Shown here piece by piece: positions 38,361-50,061 of a stretch of 64,000 nt of DNA. This DNA is from Mobula hypostoma (lineage: Eukaryota): assembly GCF_963921235.1 (NCBI RefSeq), contig NC_086098.1, forward strand, positions 3,348,001 through 3,412,000, in the 5' to 3' direction. A program made the translations under genes and the position numbers. The stretch's first letter is position 1; every line of letters begins with the position of its first letter. The notes under the pieces are model-generated. The model saw only the letters and a program-made list of their open reading frames with translations, searched no databases and had not been told where the DNA came from.

Positions 38361-38835
38361 CAACGGGTGATTGATTAGTTTGTGGCCTAAGGCAAAAGGA
38401 GTCAGTTTTACAAAACAGAGCACATTTATTTTTCAATGTAGTCCCCTCCTACATTTACACACTTAGTCCAGCGGTCGTGGAGCATATGGATCTTGGACCT
38501 CCAGAAAGTGTCCACAGCAGGGGTGATTGATAGGTTCGTGGCCTAAGGTAGACGGAGATGAGTTATACAGCTCTCGTTACATGCACATGCAGTTCAACTC
38601 TGAGTGATTATGCAGAAAGTTTGAAGTTAATAACTCATCTCCTTCTACCTTAGGCCACGAACATATCAATCACTCCTGCTGTGGACACTTTCTGGAGGTC
38701 CAAGATACGTATGCTCCACGACCGCTGGACTAAGTGTGTAAATGTAGGAGGGGACTATGTTGAAAAATAAATGTGCTAGGTTTTCTAAAATTGACTCCTT
38801 CTACCCTAGGCCATGAACTTATCAATCACCCCTCA
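38361..38835. mobile_element. Palindromic mariner-derived MITE
   Basis: TA on both flanks; arms are long inverted repeats; each arm carries transposase C-terminus HDRWTKCVNVGGDYVEK*; TIR GGGTGATTGAT(A/T)AGTT.GTGGCCTAAGG present four times. Confidence 0.9.
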
Positions 38836-38984
38836 TATAGTGATGATAATGGCAAATTGAATCAAGATAGGAACATGAAGGTCTGTCCTGTGGTGTACTA
38901 TTCTGCTCTGTGTTATGTTCTGCTCAAGACTGAAGATTGGTTAACATAATTTCCTATACATAAGTTGAAAGAAAACAAAATATT

Positions 38985-39640
38985 TGTTACTCTGGATTCA
39001 AAGCAGCACAAAAAAAAACGCACTAAAGGAACACAATAATAATTTTTAAAAACACGCCATAAATATAAATACTTAAAATAGCTTATATACGTAGTTTGAC
39101 TGTACGTTCATAAGGTGACTGACATGAGATAATAAAGTAGTGGTGGAGTTAGTGGCTGGAGGAGCTGACCAGCCTTACTGCTTGGGGAAAGTTACTGTTT
39201 CTGAGTCTGGTGGTCCTGACGTGGATGTTATGTAGCCTCCTCCCTGATGGGAGTGGGACAAACAGTGCACGAGCAGGGTATGTGGGTTCATTCATGAATA
39301 TTACTGGCCCTTTTCTGTATACATGTCCTTGATGGTGGATAGACTAGTGTCGGTGATATATTGGGCAGTTTTGATTACCCTTTGCAGAGATTTCCTGTCT
39401 GCCACAATGCAGTTTCTGTACCATTCAGTGACGCAGCTTGTCAGGATGCTCTCTGCAACACATCCGTAGATGGACGTCAGAATGGATGTGCAAAGTCCAG
39501 CTTTCTTCAGCCTCCTCAGAAAGAAGAGACATCGGTGAGCTTTGTTGACCTGTAGAATGTGTCCTGCGACCATGAGATGTTGTGTGTGATGTGCATTCCC
39601 AGGAGTTTGAAACTGCTTCTCGTTTCCACTGCTGTGCTGC
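38985..39640 (-). mobile_element. Rex1/Babar-type 3' fragment
   Basis: KAHRCLFFLRRLKKAGL..ESILTSCVTEWY. Confidence 0.85.
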
Positions 39641-40030
39641 CAACATGAAGTTTTATGTTCTATATTCTATGCCCCAAACTGGGAACATGTACAACAGCTG
39701 TTTCATAAATTAATTTTAGTTCGCAACACAAAGGAAAACATATTTTCAGGTGTGGTTTTATGTCAAAAAATCCCCACATCAAGCTGAATTGACAAATTCC
39801 TGCTCTCACTTTCTTTCAAACTTTTAAATAGATTTATGACTCAGTTATATGAAACTTAACACAGCAGAACATTTTATCCTTTCCTTACTTCTAATATAAT
39901 AAAATGAAAATAAGCGGTTCAGATCCAATCAATTTAATATAAACAGAGAAGACTGGTAACACTCAACAGGTCAGTGAGAACCTGTGGAAAAGTTAGTGCT
40001 TTAGATTGAAGCCATCACAGACAGCATCCT

Positions 40031-40640
40031 CAATAGACAATAGGTGCAGGAGTAGGCCATTCGAGCCAGCACCGCCATTCACTGTGATCATGGCTGATCA
40101 TCCACAATCAGTATCCAGTTCCTGCCTTATCTCCATAACCTTTGATTCTGCTATCTTTAAGAGCTCTATCCATCTCTTTCGTGAAAGCATCCAGAAACTT
40201 GGCCTCCACAGCCTTCTGGGGCAGAACATTCCATACATCCACCATTCTCTGGGTGAAAAAGTTTTTCCACAACTTCGTTCTAAATGGCCTACCCCTAATT
40301 CTTAAACTGTGGCCTCTGGTTCTGGACTCACCCATCAGCGGGAACATGCTTCCTGCCTCCAGCGTGTCCAATCCCTTAATAATCTTATATGTTTCAATAA
40401 GATCCCCTCTCAGCCTTCTAAATTCCAGAGTATACAAACCCAGTCGCTCCAATCTTTCGACATATGACAGTCCCACCATTCCGGGAATTAACCTTGTGAA
40501 CCTACGCTGCACTCCCTCAATAGCAAGAGTGTCCTTCCTCAAATTTGGAGACCAAAACTGCACACAGTACTCCAGGTGTGGTCTCACTAGGGCCCTGTAC
40601 AGCTGCAGAAGGACCTCTCTGCTCTTATACTCAATTCTCC
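40031..40640 (-). mobile_element. CR1 3' fragment, young (open frame)
   Basis: Track ORF 40108-40647 LVRPHLEYCVQFWSP..RRLRGDLIETYKI; (CAATAGA)n tail. Confidence 0.92.
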
Positions 40641-43000
40641 TCCTCACATCATCCGTGACTGGTTTGGTGCAGCATCCTCTCCCAGTACATAAAAACTCCA
40701 GGTCAGATCAGCGGAAAGGGTCATTGGCTGCAGTTGACCATCACTGCAGGACTTGTATGTGTCCACGAACAAGAAGTGGATGGGAAAAGTCATTGTGAGC
40801 ACCACCCTCCCTGCAAGCTGCCTTTTCCAGAAGCTCCCTTCTGGAAAGTGCTATAGGGATATTCAAACAAAAACTTTACACCATCCTGAAAGTTTCTTCT
40901 GCCAGGCAATTAATCTGATCTAACTGGTTTGCCCACCTCTAATATCTCCGTCACCGAACTGCACTGTAATATTGTAAGCCACTTTTTATAATGCTGTTTT
41001 CATTGTACATGCTTGCTGGTATTTATATATTTATGGATATTTTATTCTCTATCTGTCCTTTGCGCTGTCCGTAAGGATTTGTACATTCTCCCCACGACTG
41101 CATGGGTTTCCTCTGGGTGCTCCAGTTTCCTCTCAGAGTCCAAACACAAATGGTTAGAGGGACAATTGGTCACATGGAATTAATTGGGCATCATGGGAGC
41201 TGGAAGGGCCTGGTCCTATTTTGTGTCTTGAAATAAAAATAATTAAAATTCCGTGGGGCCAAGGTATTAAGGTCATCATACATTTGTTGGAAAATTTAAA
41301 TTTACTCTACCATTTCATCTTCTCCTCTTGTTTCAGATTTGAATGTATTTATCACATCCACATTGAAACATACAGTGAACTGTGTCGTTTGTGTTAACAA
41401 CCAATTTAGGATGTGCTGGTGGTAGCCCACAACAAAACAGTAACAAAGCAATATGTTAATAACAGAAAAACAAGCCCTTTTCCCACTATTGGCACTGAGC
41501 TGCATTGTCTGGAGAAGTGCAACTCAGATTTAGTTGATTATCTTTTGTTTAAAATTAATGATGATCTAAATTTGTTGAAATAAAGTTTAATAACATATTT
41601 GTTGAAAAGATAACTGAGTCATAGAGCACTACAGCACAGAAATAGACCCTTTGGCCCATCTATTCCATGATGAACTATAATTCCAGCGTCTGACCCCCTA
41701 TCCTGTAGGTAGGAAGTACTGTAGTGTTAGGACAAGGATTGTTAGGATGGAAAACAGCTTCTTGCCCCAGGCCATGAGACTACTGAACTCCCTGCCAGCA
41801 CTTAGGTCTACCGACCATAAGACTACTGAATTCTCTGCCACCAGTCAGGTCTCATCATGTACAAAGAGCCAGTAACGTTAGACTGTTTACGTTTTAACTT
41901 GTGTCATAAATGCACCTTCTTATTTGTCAATTTCTTTGTGGTAATATTACCTTTGTGCTGTGTTGTACACCTTGATCTGGAGGAATGTTGTTACGTTTGG
42001 TGGTATATAGGTGTACAATTAAATGACAATAAACTTCAACTGGAACCTAGTCTACCCAGTCCCTGATCATAGCCCTCCACACCCCTCCTATATATTAACC
42101 TATCAAAATTTCTCTTGAATATTGAAATCAAACCTGTATCCTCCACTACTTTTGGCAGTTCATTTCACACCCTCACCACCCTCTGAGTGAAGAAGATCCC
42201 CCTTAAGTTCCCCCTCAACCTATGACCTGTAGTTGTAGTCCCACCCAACTTCAGTGGAAAAAGCCTGCTTGCATTTAACCTCTCTGTGCCCCTCAATTTT
42301 GTGAACCTTCCAATTCACCATGCACTTTACTATCCACTCCATGTCTCAAACAAGGAAAGACGTTAAACACCCTGCTATTTGTTGTCATATATTTTCACCC
42401 ATTCACAATGTCAAGATTCAAGGTACTTTTATAATCAAAGTATGTGTGCAGTATACAATGCTGAGATTCATCTTCCTACAGACAGCCACGAAACAAGAAA
42501 CCACCATGGGACCTGTACAAAGAAATGTACCCAATGCACAATGAAAAAGAACAAATTCTACAAATGGGAAAAAATGAGTGAATAACACACAGAATATTAA
42601 ACAATCAAACCACTGGGGCCTTGACACACTCTAGGAATGTTCAATAGCTACCTTCCCCGAAGTCCCTGCACTTCCACCTTTCTCTTACGTCAGAGGGTTA
42701 TAGCCTCAGCCAGCTCCATCACAGCCATTAGCTCCCCACCTTCAAAAGGCAATATCCATCACTAAGGACCCCCATCACCCAGGGCATGCCTGCTTCTCAT
42801 TGCTGCCACCAAGGAGGTGGTACAGGAGCTTGAAGACCCACAATCAATGCTTCAAGAATATCTTCTTCCCCTCTGCCATCAGGTTTCTGAATGGACGATA
42901 AACCCACGTGCAATACCTCACTATTCTTTTTCTTTTACTCCCTCTCTTTTCGCACTTATTTAATTTAATATTTCTTATTGTAATTTTTATTTTTTTTATT

Positions 43001-43300
43001 ATAAGACCATAAGACATAGGAGCAGAATTAGGACATTTGGCCCATCGAGTCTGCTCCGCCATTCAATCACGGTTGATCCTTTATTTCTATCTCCTCTTCC
43101 CCGTAACCTTTGATGTCATGTCCAATCAAGAACCTATCAATCTCTGCCTTAAATACACTCAACAACCTGGCCTCCACAGCTGCATGTGGTAACAAATTCC
43201 ACAAATTCACCACCCTTTGGCTAAAGAAATTGCTCCACATCTCTGTATTGAAAGGGTTCCCCTCTATTCTGATACTGTGCCCTCTTGTCCTTGACTCTTC
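43001..43300 (-). mobile_element. CR1 3' fragment nested in a Rex1 3' UTR (42740-43385)
   Basis: NFFSQRVVNLWNLLP; host repeat resumes at ~43303. Confidence 0.8.
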
Positions 43301-44038
43301 CATTATTGTGTGTTGTAATGGACTGCTGCTGGAAAAGAACAAATTTCATGACAGATGCCAGTGATATTAATCCAGATTCTAATTCAGATCTTTACTGTCA
43401 GTAAAGAAACATTTCTAATTACCCCTCTGCATGCCTGTTGGTGATGTCCTGTGAATGATACTTTAAATATTATTAAAGCAGCAAGCGTACATCGTATGAC
43501 GAAATAAATGTTACTAATGTACTCAATCAAGGTGCATGCATTTCAAACCCTTGTTATTTTCACAGCGGGACAGAACATGATACTATAGTTCAGTTGAAAC
43601 ACAGCACTGACAGGTAAACCGTTAGTTGTCAGAACAGAACCATACTGGGGCTGATAAAGTGTGAAGATTCATTCTAATGTCTCCCCATGCAGGTACCTGA
43701 CTTTAACTCTGAATGTTAAACACTCTGAAGAATGCACCATGCAACCGTTTTGTGACTCAAATGCCACCTATAAATTCACTGATGACACTAGTATTGGCAA
43801 AATCTTAGATACTGATGAGACCATAAGACATAGGAGAAAAGTTAGGCCATTTAAGCCATCGTGTCTTCTCCAGCATTCCAAAATGACTGATTTATTATCC
43901 CTCTCAACCCCTTTCCCTGTAACCCTTGACACTCATACAATTCAAGAACCTATCAATCTCTGCTTTAAATATACCCAATGATGTGGGTTCCACAGCCGTC
44001 TGTGCCAATGAATTCCAGAGAGGATACAGGAGTGAAAT

Positions 44039-44349
44039 TAAAGGCATCCGTTAGTCTTGTGAGACCATCGATCTGCACCTGGAAAGACTTCACTCTCCAG
44101 GGCGCAGGCCTGGGCAAGGTTGTATGGAAGACCAGCAGTTGCCCATGCTGCAAGTCTCCCCTCTCCACGACACCAAAGTTGTCCAAGGGAAGGGTATTAG
44201 GACCCATACAGCTTGGCACCCGTGTCGTCGCAGAGCACTGTGTGGTTAAGTGCCTTGCTCAAGGACACACACGCTGCCTCGGCTGGGGCTCGAACTCACG
44301 ACTTTCAGATCGTTAGTTGAATGCCTTGACCACTTGGCCACAAGCCCAC
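44039..44349 (-). mobile_element. tRNA-derived SINE with CORE-like segment
   Basis: A box TGGCCAAGTGG, B box GAGTTCGAGCC, GTGTCCTTGAGCAAGGCACTTAACC; TSD ACAGGAGTGAAAT at 44026-44038 and 44350-44362. Confidence 0.82.
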
Positions 44350-44480
44350 ACAGGAGTGAAATAGATCAGCTGATTGTTTGACCACTTGGCCACGTGCCCA
44401 CACAGGAGTGAAATAGATCAGCTGATTGTTTGACCACTTGGCCACGAGCCCACACAGGAGTGAAATAGATCAGCTGATTG
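44326..44480. repeat. 3 x 52-bp tandem repeat spanning a SINE/flank junction
   Basis: TTGACCACTTGGCCAC..GCCCACACAGGAGTGAAATAGATCAGCTGATTG starting at 44326, 44378, 44430. Confidence 0.95.
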
Positions 44481-44616
44481 AGTGGTGTTGCAGCAACGAC
44501 CTTGACCTCAACATCAGCGATTCAGGAACAGCTTCTTCCCCCCACCATCTGATTTCTGATCGAACCCATGAACTATTTTTCCTCTCTCTTTGCACTACTT
44601 ACTTTATGTAACTTTT

Positions 44617-46588
44617 TTCTCACTCCTTGTGGGTGGTGTCACCACCGGGATTATACTGGCTTTAACCTTCACATCCTTTTCATCCTGGTATTTCTCAAGC
44701 TTCTCATATTCTTCCTGATGTTACTGTCATTCAGGATTGCCACATCCATTACTATTGCCTTCTCTGTTCTACATCTGGTTGGTACCTACTTATCAGGCTG
44801 TATTTGGAAGTCCCACAGGATCTTAGCTCTGTCACTCTCCACTGCATTCTTGGGCATTTCCCACTTGGACTTGGGAGTGTCCAAAATACACTTAACACCA
44901 ACGTCCCTGTACACAATTCCTGCAACTTGGTTGTGCCTTTCAGCGTCTACCTGCATCTTGCACCCTGCCACTATGTACTGGATGGTTTCAGTGGATTCCT
45001 TGCACAGTTTGCATCTTGGGTCTTGTCTGGTGTGGTAGATCCCTGCTTCTATCGCTCTTGTGCTCAGCATCTGTTCTAGTGCAGCCATGAGCAGTGCCTC
45101 TGTGCTGTCCCTCAGCCCTGCCATTTCCAGCGTGTGGTAGGACTTTCTTATGTCAGCCACCTCTGACATCAGGCAATGGTACAATCCGTACGGTAGCTTG
45201 TCCTGCCACGGCCTCTGGTCCTCTGCCTTTGCTTCACCCACTTCCATTTCCACATCCCCTGCCTGCTCTCTGATGTATTCTCCTAGCAGGTCATCCTTAG
45301 GGGCCATCTTCCTGACATATTCATGAATGTTTCGCATTTTTTCCAGGACTGTGGCCTTGACACTTTCAAGTTCTCATCCTCCTTTATTCTGGTGGGTATA
45401 CAGTGACTCAGCATTGGATTTTGGATAGAACCGTCCACGTTAGTACTTTCTGAACCTTGATGTCAGTGGCTTCCAGTTGGTTCCTTGGCCAGCACACTAT
45501 TGTGGCTGGGTATCTGATAGGGCAAATGTGGTGACGGTTCTGATCTTGTTCTTCCCATTCAGCTGGCTTTTTAGGACCTGTCTCACTCTTTGGAAGTATT
45601 TGGATGTTGCAGTCATCCTTTTGTCCTCATCGTGGTGTCCGTGCACCTGAAGGATCCCCAGATATTTGTAGCCGTCCTGTACATCTGGTATGTGGCCTTG
45701 AAGTAACTCAACTGCTTCAGTTTTGATGAGTTTGCCTCTTTGCACTACCATCCAGCTGCAGTTTTCCAGTCTGAATGACAAAGGTACAGAGGTATGTCCA
45801 CAGCCGAAGCCCTGGCTACCAGACCACAGAGGTACACTAAGGACGCAGAGGCCAAGCGAATGAATGCACTCTTCTCCAAAGAACCTGGAAAAGTATTCAC
45901 ACACTTCCAGAGTAACAACATGGCCGTAGCTGAACCAACCAAAACAGCAACTGAGGAGCACAGGAGGAGTATATGGGAGAAAGCAGCATCACGCAACACC
46001 AGTGCCCTGTGGCTGAAAGACCTACTAGTGAGCCTCTGCAATCTCCCAGAGGGAGACCCCATCATCATCACAGCAGTAGATGTCCAGCAACGGGTAGCAA
46101 GTATGAAGAACTGGACATCACCAGGGTCTGACGTGATCCACACCCATTGGCTGAAGAAACGAACAGTATTACGTACACGGCTGGCAGCTCAAATGAATCC
46201 GCTGTTTGAAGCAGGCTCCCACCCTGACTGGCTAACTCAAGGAAGGATGTACAGTATGAAGGATGAAGGATCCTCACCAAAGAGCAACATCATCCAACGA
46301 CTGGCCTATAACCTGCCAGTCAACACCATGAACGCTCCTGTCAGACTTCACAGCCACCAAGCTGGAGGAAAATGGTATAAATCCCTGAGCCCTGCTCAGA
46401 GGGGGATTGGTAGTGGAACCAGAGGCTCTGAGCATGGACTACTGGTAGACAAAGCAGTCATGCAAGACTCCAGGACCAGGCAAACTAACATCATCACAGC
46501 CTGGATGAACTACCAGAAAGCATACGACTCAGAGTCCCCACAGATGGACCCCGGAATGCCTATCTCAGTACAAGGTCAACAAGACACA
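44617..46588. mobile_element. R4/Dong(Rex6)-like RLE LINE remnant with inverted 5' segment
   Basis: Plus 45781-46588: KNWTSPGSDVIHTHWLKK, LLVDKAV, AWMNYQKAYDS; minus 45780-44630: YKYLGI, NKIRTV, CKLCKESTETIQYIVAGC, RHNQV, ILWDFQIQPDK. Confidence 0.85.
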
Positions 46589-47553
46589 CATTTATTGTAT
46601 ATACTGTACACGATACATATATATACGTACACACTCAACATAATTTAGTTTTTTATTATGTATTGCAATGTACCACGGCTGCAAAATTCACAACATATGC
46701 CAGTGATATTAAACCTGGTTCTGTTTCTTAATATTGCTTTGTAATAATGTTGGCATGTTCTCAATATTTACTGCATATTTATTATTATTATTTATTTCAT
46801 TTGTATTTGCACAGTTTTTTGTCTTTTGCTCACTGGTTGAACAACCAAGTTGGTTCATTGATTCTGTTATGGTTATTATTCTATTATGGATTTATTGAGT
46901 ATGCCCACAAGAAAATGAATCTCAGGGCGAAATGTGCTTTGCTAATAAATTTACTTTGAACTTTGGGACAGCTACTAAGCACCCATAGCATTACCTTATG
47001 AGAGAAAGTAAAAAGAAACTTTCATTTGTCACAGGTACATAGAACACACAATGAACTATGTCATTTATGTCAAATCAAGTCAGTGAGAATTCTGCTGGGA
47101 GCAAGCTTACAACTGTGGCCATGCTACCGGCACTGACATAGCGTGCCCACCGTTCACTAAGCCTTACTAACTCATTTGAAACGTGGGAGGAAACTGCCTC
47201 AGCAGTTGAGTAGGAAATGGTAAGGCAGCAGGACACAGAAGGTACCAGGGCACCCATCCCAATTGGTGGCACAAGACTAATGAGATGTTTCAAGAATCTG
47301 AAGGCAATACATTTATTCATCTACTTACAAATGGCTGAGATGATGAGACAGAAAGCCATAAATTCAGGTTTCCTGGTGATCCTTTGATAGGCATACTTAG
47401 TGGTGCAGCATTACATTGCAAAGTTATTAATCGACAAAGTGAATGGAAGAATTATGGCAAGTATATTTCCACGGAGGCAAATGTAGCATTCTTCATTTTG
47501 GACCAAAATTAGATTCAAGCTGTCTCTTCAGTGTGAAAAGTTGTGAACAGAGC

Positions 47554-47554
<1 letters not shown>

Positions 47555-47590
<36 letters not shown>
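47555..47590. repeat. (CA)n microsatellite grown from the Penelope tail GCAACACACAC
   Basis: Direct reading; flanks match the tail family. Confidence 0.9.
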
Positions 47591-47596
<6 letters not shown>

Positions 47597-47640
47597 GCTG
47601 GAGGAACTCAGCAGGTCAGACAGTATGTGAAAGAGTAAAC

Positions 47641-47676
47641 AGTCAACGTTTCAGGCTCAGAGCCTTCTTCAGGACT
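47641..47676 (-). ncRNA. Minimal type I hammerhead motif in older Penelope-family fragment (about 47550-47680)
   Basis: Minus strand AGTC-CTGAAGA-AGGCT ctg AGCCT-GAAA-CGTT-GACT; different stem II sequence that still pairs. Confidence 0.7.
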
Positions 47677-47824
47677 CACCATCTTAAAAGTCAGTTAATC
47701 TGATCAACTATTCTAGTCATTTCTTGTCCACACTCCTCTTTATTACCCCATCTCTGCACTGCATTGCAAACACTTTAAATGTTGTTTACATTGTAAATAC
47801 ATGGCACTAATCTCCTCCACTAAA

Positions 47825-48480
47825 GGGGAGGAGAAGATGGCGGCACGACGCAGCATGCGCGGCCACTCCGAAATGATATCGTATTTGTAAGTAGGTACGT
47901 TGCACAATCCTGATGCGATGGAGACAGACGTGAAAAGCACAGAGGAACATCTGGAGAAACTTCTGAAATGCCCGCTTCGCTGCTACTGTGCAATCAAGAA
48001 TCTCTGGAGGGGAAGGCCCCAAATCCTTGGCTTTGACTATTGCCTGTTGCCGGGGCCAGGGTCGAAGCACTCGGCAGAGATGGTGCTCAGTGTCGGAGGG
48101 TTGATCAGAGGCTCGAAGTTTTCGGACGGACTCAAGGGTCGGCTGTGGTCGGGTGCTTCCAGGGTGCTGCATTGGCAAGTTTGCGGCGCTGGAAGCTCAT
48201 GGCATGGAGAGTTTCTCCATTCAACCGTCTGCGAGAGATGATGGGACTTTTGAGAGACTTTTTCTTACCGTGGCCATGGTGTGTTCTTTATCAAATTACG
48301 GTATTGCTTTGCACTGTTGTAACTACATGTCATAATTATGTGGTTTTTGTCAGTTTTTCAGTCTTGGTTTGTCTTGTGTTTCTGTGATATCATTCTGGAG
48401 GAACATTGTGTCACTTCTTAATGCATGCATTACTAAATGACAATAAAAGAGGACTGCGTGTCCTCATAACCTAATCTAAT
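47825..48480 (+). mobile_element. Young GC-rich non-coding retroposon (LINE-like 5' end, AATAAA and (CTAAT)n tail)
   Basis: Starts GGGGAGGAGAAGATGGCGGC, CpG-rich body, ends GACAATAAAAGAGG..CCTAATCTAAT. Confidence 0.6.
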
Positions 48481-48488
48481 GCAATTAT

Positions 48489-48690
48489 CAAAGTTGCTGG
48501 TGAACACAGCAGGCCAGGCAGCATCTGTAGGAAGAGGTGCAGTTGACGTTTCAGGCCGAGACCCTTCGTCAGGACTAGTCCTGAAACATCGACTGCACCT
48601 CTTCCTACAGATGCTGCCTGGCCTGCTGCGTTCACCAGCAACTTTGATGTGTGTTGCTTGAATTTCCAGCATCTGCAGAATTCCTGTTGT
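48489..48690. mobile_element. Fold-back Penelope-derived mini element
   Basis: Inverted arms around a central hammerhead motif; exact 14-bp TSD TCTAATGCAATTAT at 48475-48488 and 48691-48704. Confidence 0.9.
48541..48576 (-). ncRNA. Minimal type I hammerhead ribozyme motif (core intact, first stem I pair mismatched)
   Basis: Minus strand AGTC-CTGACGA-AGG gtctcgg CCT-GAAA-CGTC-AACT. Confidence 0.75.
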
Positions 48691-48784
48691 TCTAATGCAA
48701 TTATACACATTTTATTCTGTATCGGATCTTTAACATCTAACTTTTTATATAATTCTTTATAATTGTTGAATGCGGTTTTCACAA

Positions 48785-49455
48785 CCATAAGACCATAAGG
48801 TATAGGAGCAGAATTAGGCCATTTGGCCCATTTCACTATGGCTGATCCATTTCCCTCTCAGTCCAAATCTCTCACCTTCTCCCCGTATCCCTTCAAACCC
48901 TGACTAATCAAGAAACTATCAACCTCTGCATTAAACATGCATAACCGCCTGTGGCAACGAATTCCACAGATTCACCACTCTCTAACTAAAAAGAGTCCTC
49001 CTCATCTGTGCTGTGTCCTCTGGGTCTTAGACTCCCCCACCATAGGAAACATCCTCTCCAAATCTACTCTGTTGAGGCCTTTCAACATTGAATAAGGTTT
49101 CAAAGAGATCACCTCCTCAATCTTCTGAATTCCAGTGACTACAGGCCCAGGACCATCAAACGCTCCTCATATGATAATCCTGGAATCATGAAACTCCTTT
49201 GAAGTGAACTCTGTCCAATGTCAGCACATCCTTCCTTAGATAAGGGGTCCAAAACTTCTCACAATACTCCCAATGAGGTTCAACAGTGCCTTATACAGAC
49301 TTAACATTATATCCTTGCTTTTATATTGTAATCCTCAAATGAATGCTAACATTACATTGGCCTTCCTCACTACAGACTCAGCTTGTAAATTAACCTTTAC
49401 AGAATCTTGCACGAGGACTCTCAAGTCCCTGTACACCTCAGGTCTTAGAATTTTC
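48785..49455 (-). mobile_element. CR1 3' fragment
   Basis: CCATAAGACCATAAG tail and RT C-terminal blocks. Confidence 0.8.
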
Positions 49456-49579
49456 AAAAATTTTGTTGCATGTCACTCCACCACAACACAGCAAATTCCT
49501 AATACATGTTCTACCACAGTCTCCAGTATGTCCAGTTTGACTTCTATAACAGAGCCAGCCTTTCTAATCAGTCTAGATA

Positions 49580-50061
49580 CGAGAGGTGATTGATAAGTTT
49601 GTGGCCTAAGAGAGGAGGAGTCAATTTTAGAAAACCTAGCACATTTATTTTTCAACATAGTCCCTTCCTAGATGTACACACTTAGTCCAGCGGTCGTGGA
49701 GCATACGGATCCCTTCTTTGTAGAAGTGGTCCACAGCAGGGGTGATTGATAAGTTCGTGGCCTAAGGTAGAAGGAGATGAGTTATACAGCTCTCATTACA
49801 TGCACGTGCAGTTCAACTCTGAGTGAAAATGCAGAAAGTTTGGTTAATAACTCATCTCTCTCTACCTTAGGCCACAAACTTATCAATCACCCCTGCTGTG
49901 GACCACTTCTGGAGGTCCAAGATGCCGACTTCTACAAAGAAGGGAACAGTATGCTCCACGACGGCTGGACTAAGTGTGTAAATGTAGGAAAAATAAATGT
50001 ACTAGGTTTTCTAAAATTGACTCCTTCTACCTTAGCGCACGAACTGATCAATCACCCCTCG
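49580..50061. mobile_element. Palindromic mariner-derived MITE, second copy
   Basis: TA-CGAG(A/G)GGTGATTGAT...ATCAATCACCCCTCG-TA; LEVQDADFYKEGNSMLHDGWTKCVNVG in track ORF 49777-50118. Confidence 0.9.

Noticed and set aside
40142..40798. 218-aa plus ORF
   Set aside because: Antisense shadow of the CR1 frame
44326..44480. Shared 52-bp period with the 8236 minisatellite (and ~50 bp duplication at 63918-64000)
   Set aside because: Units are unrelated in sequence; coincidence is sufficient
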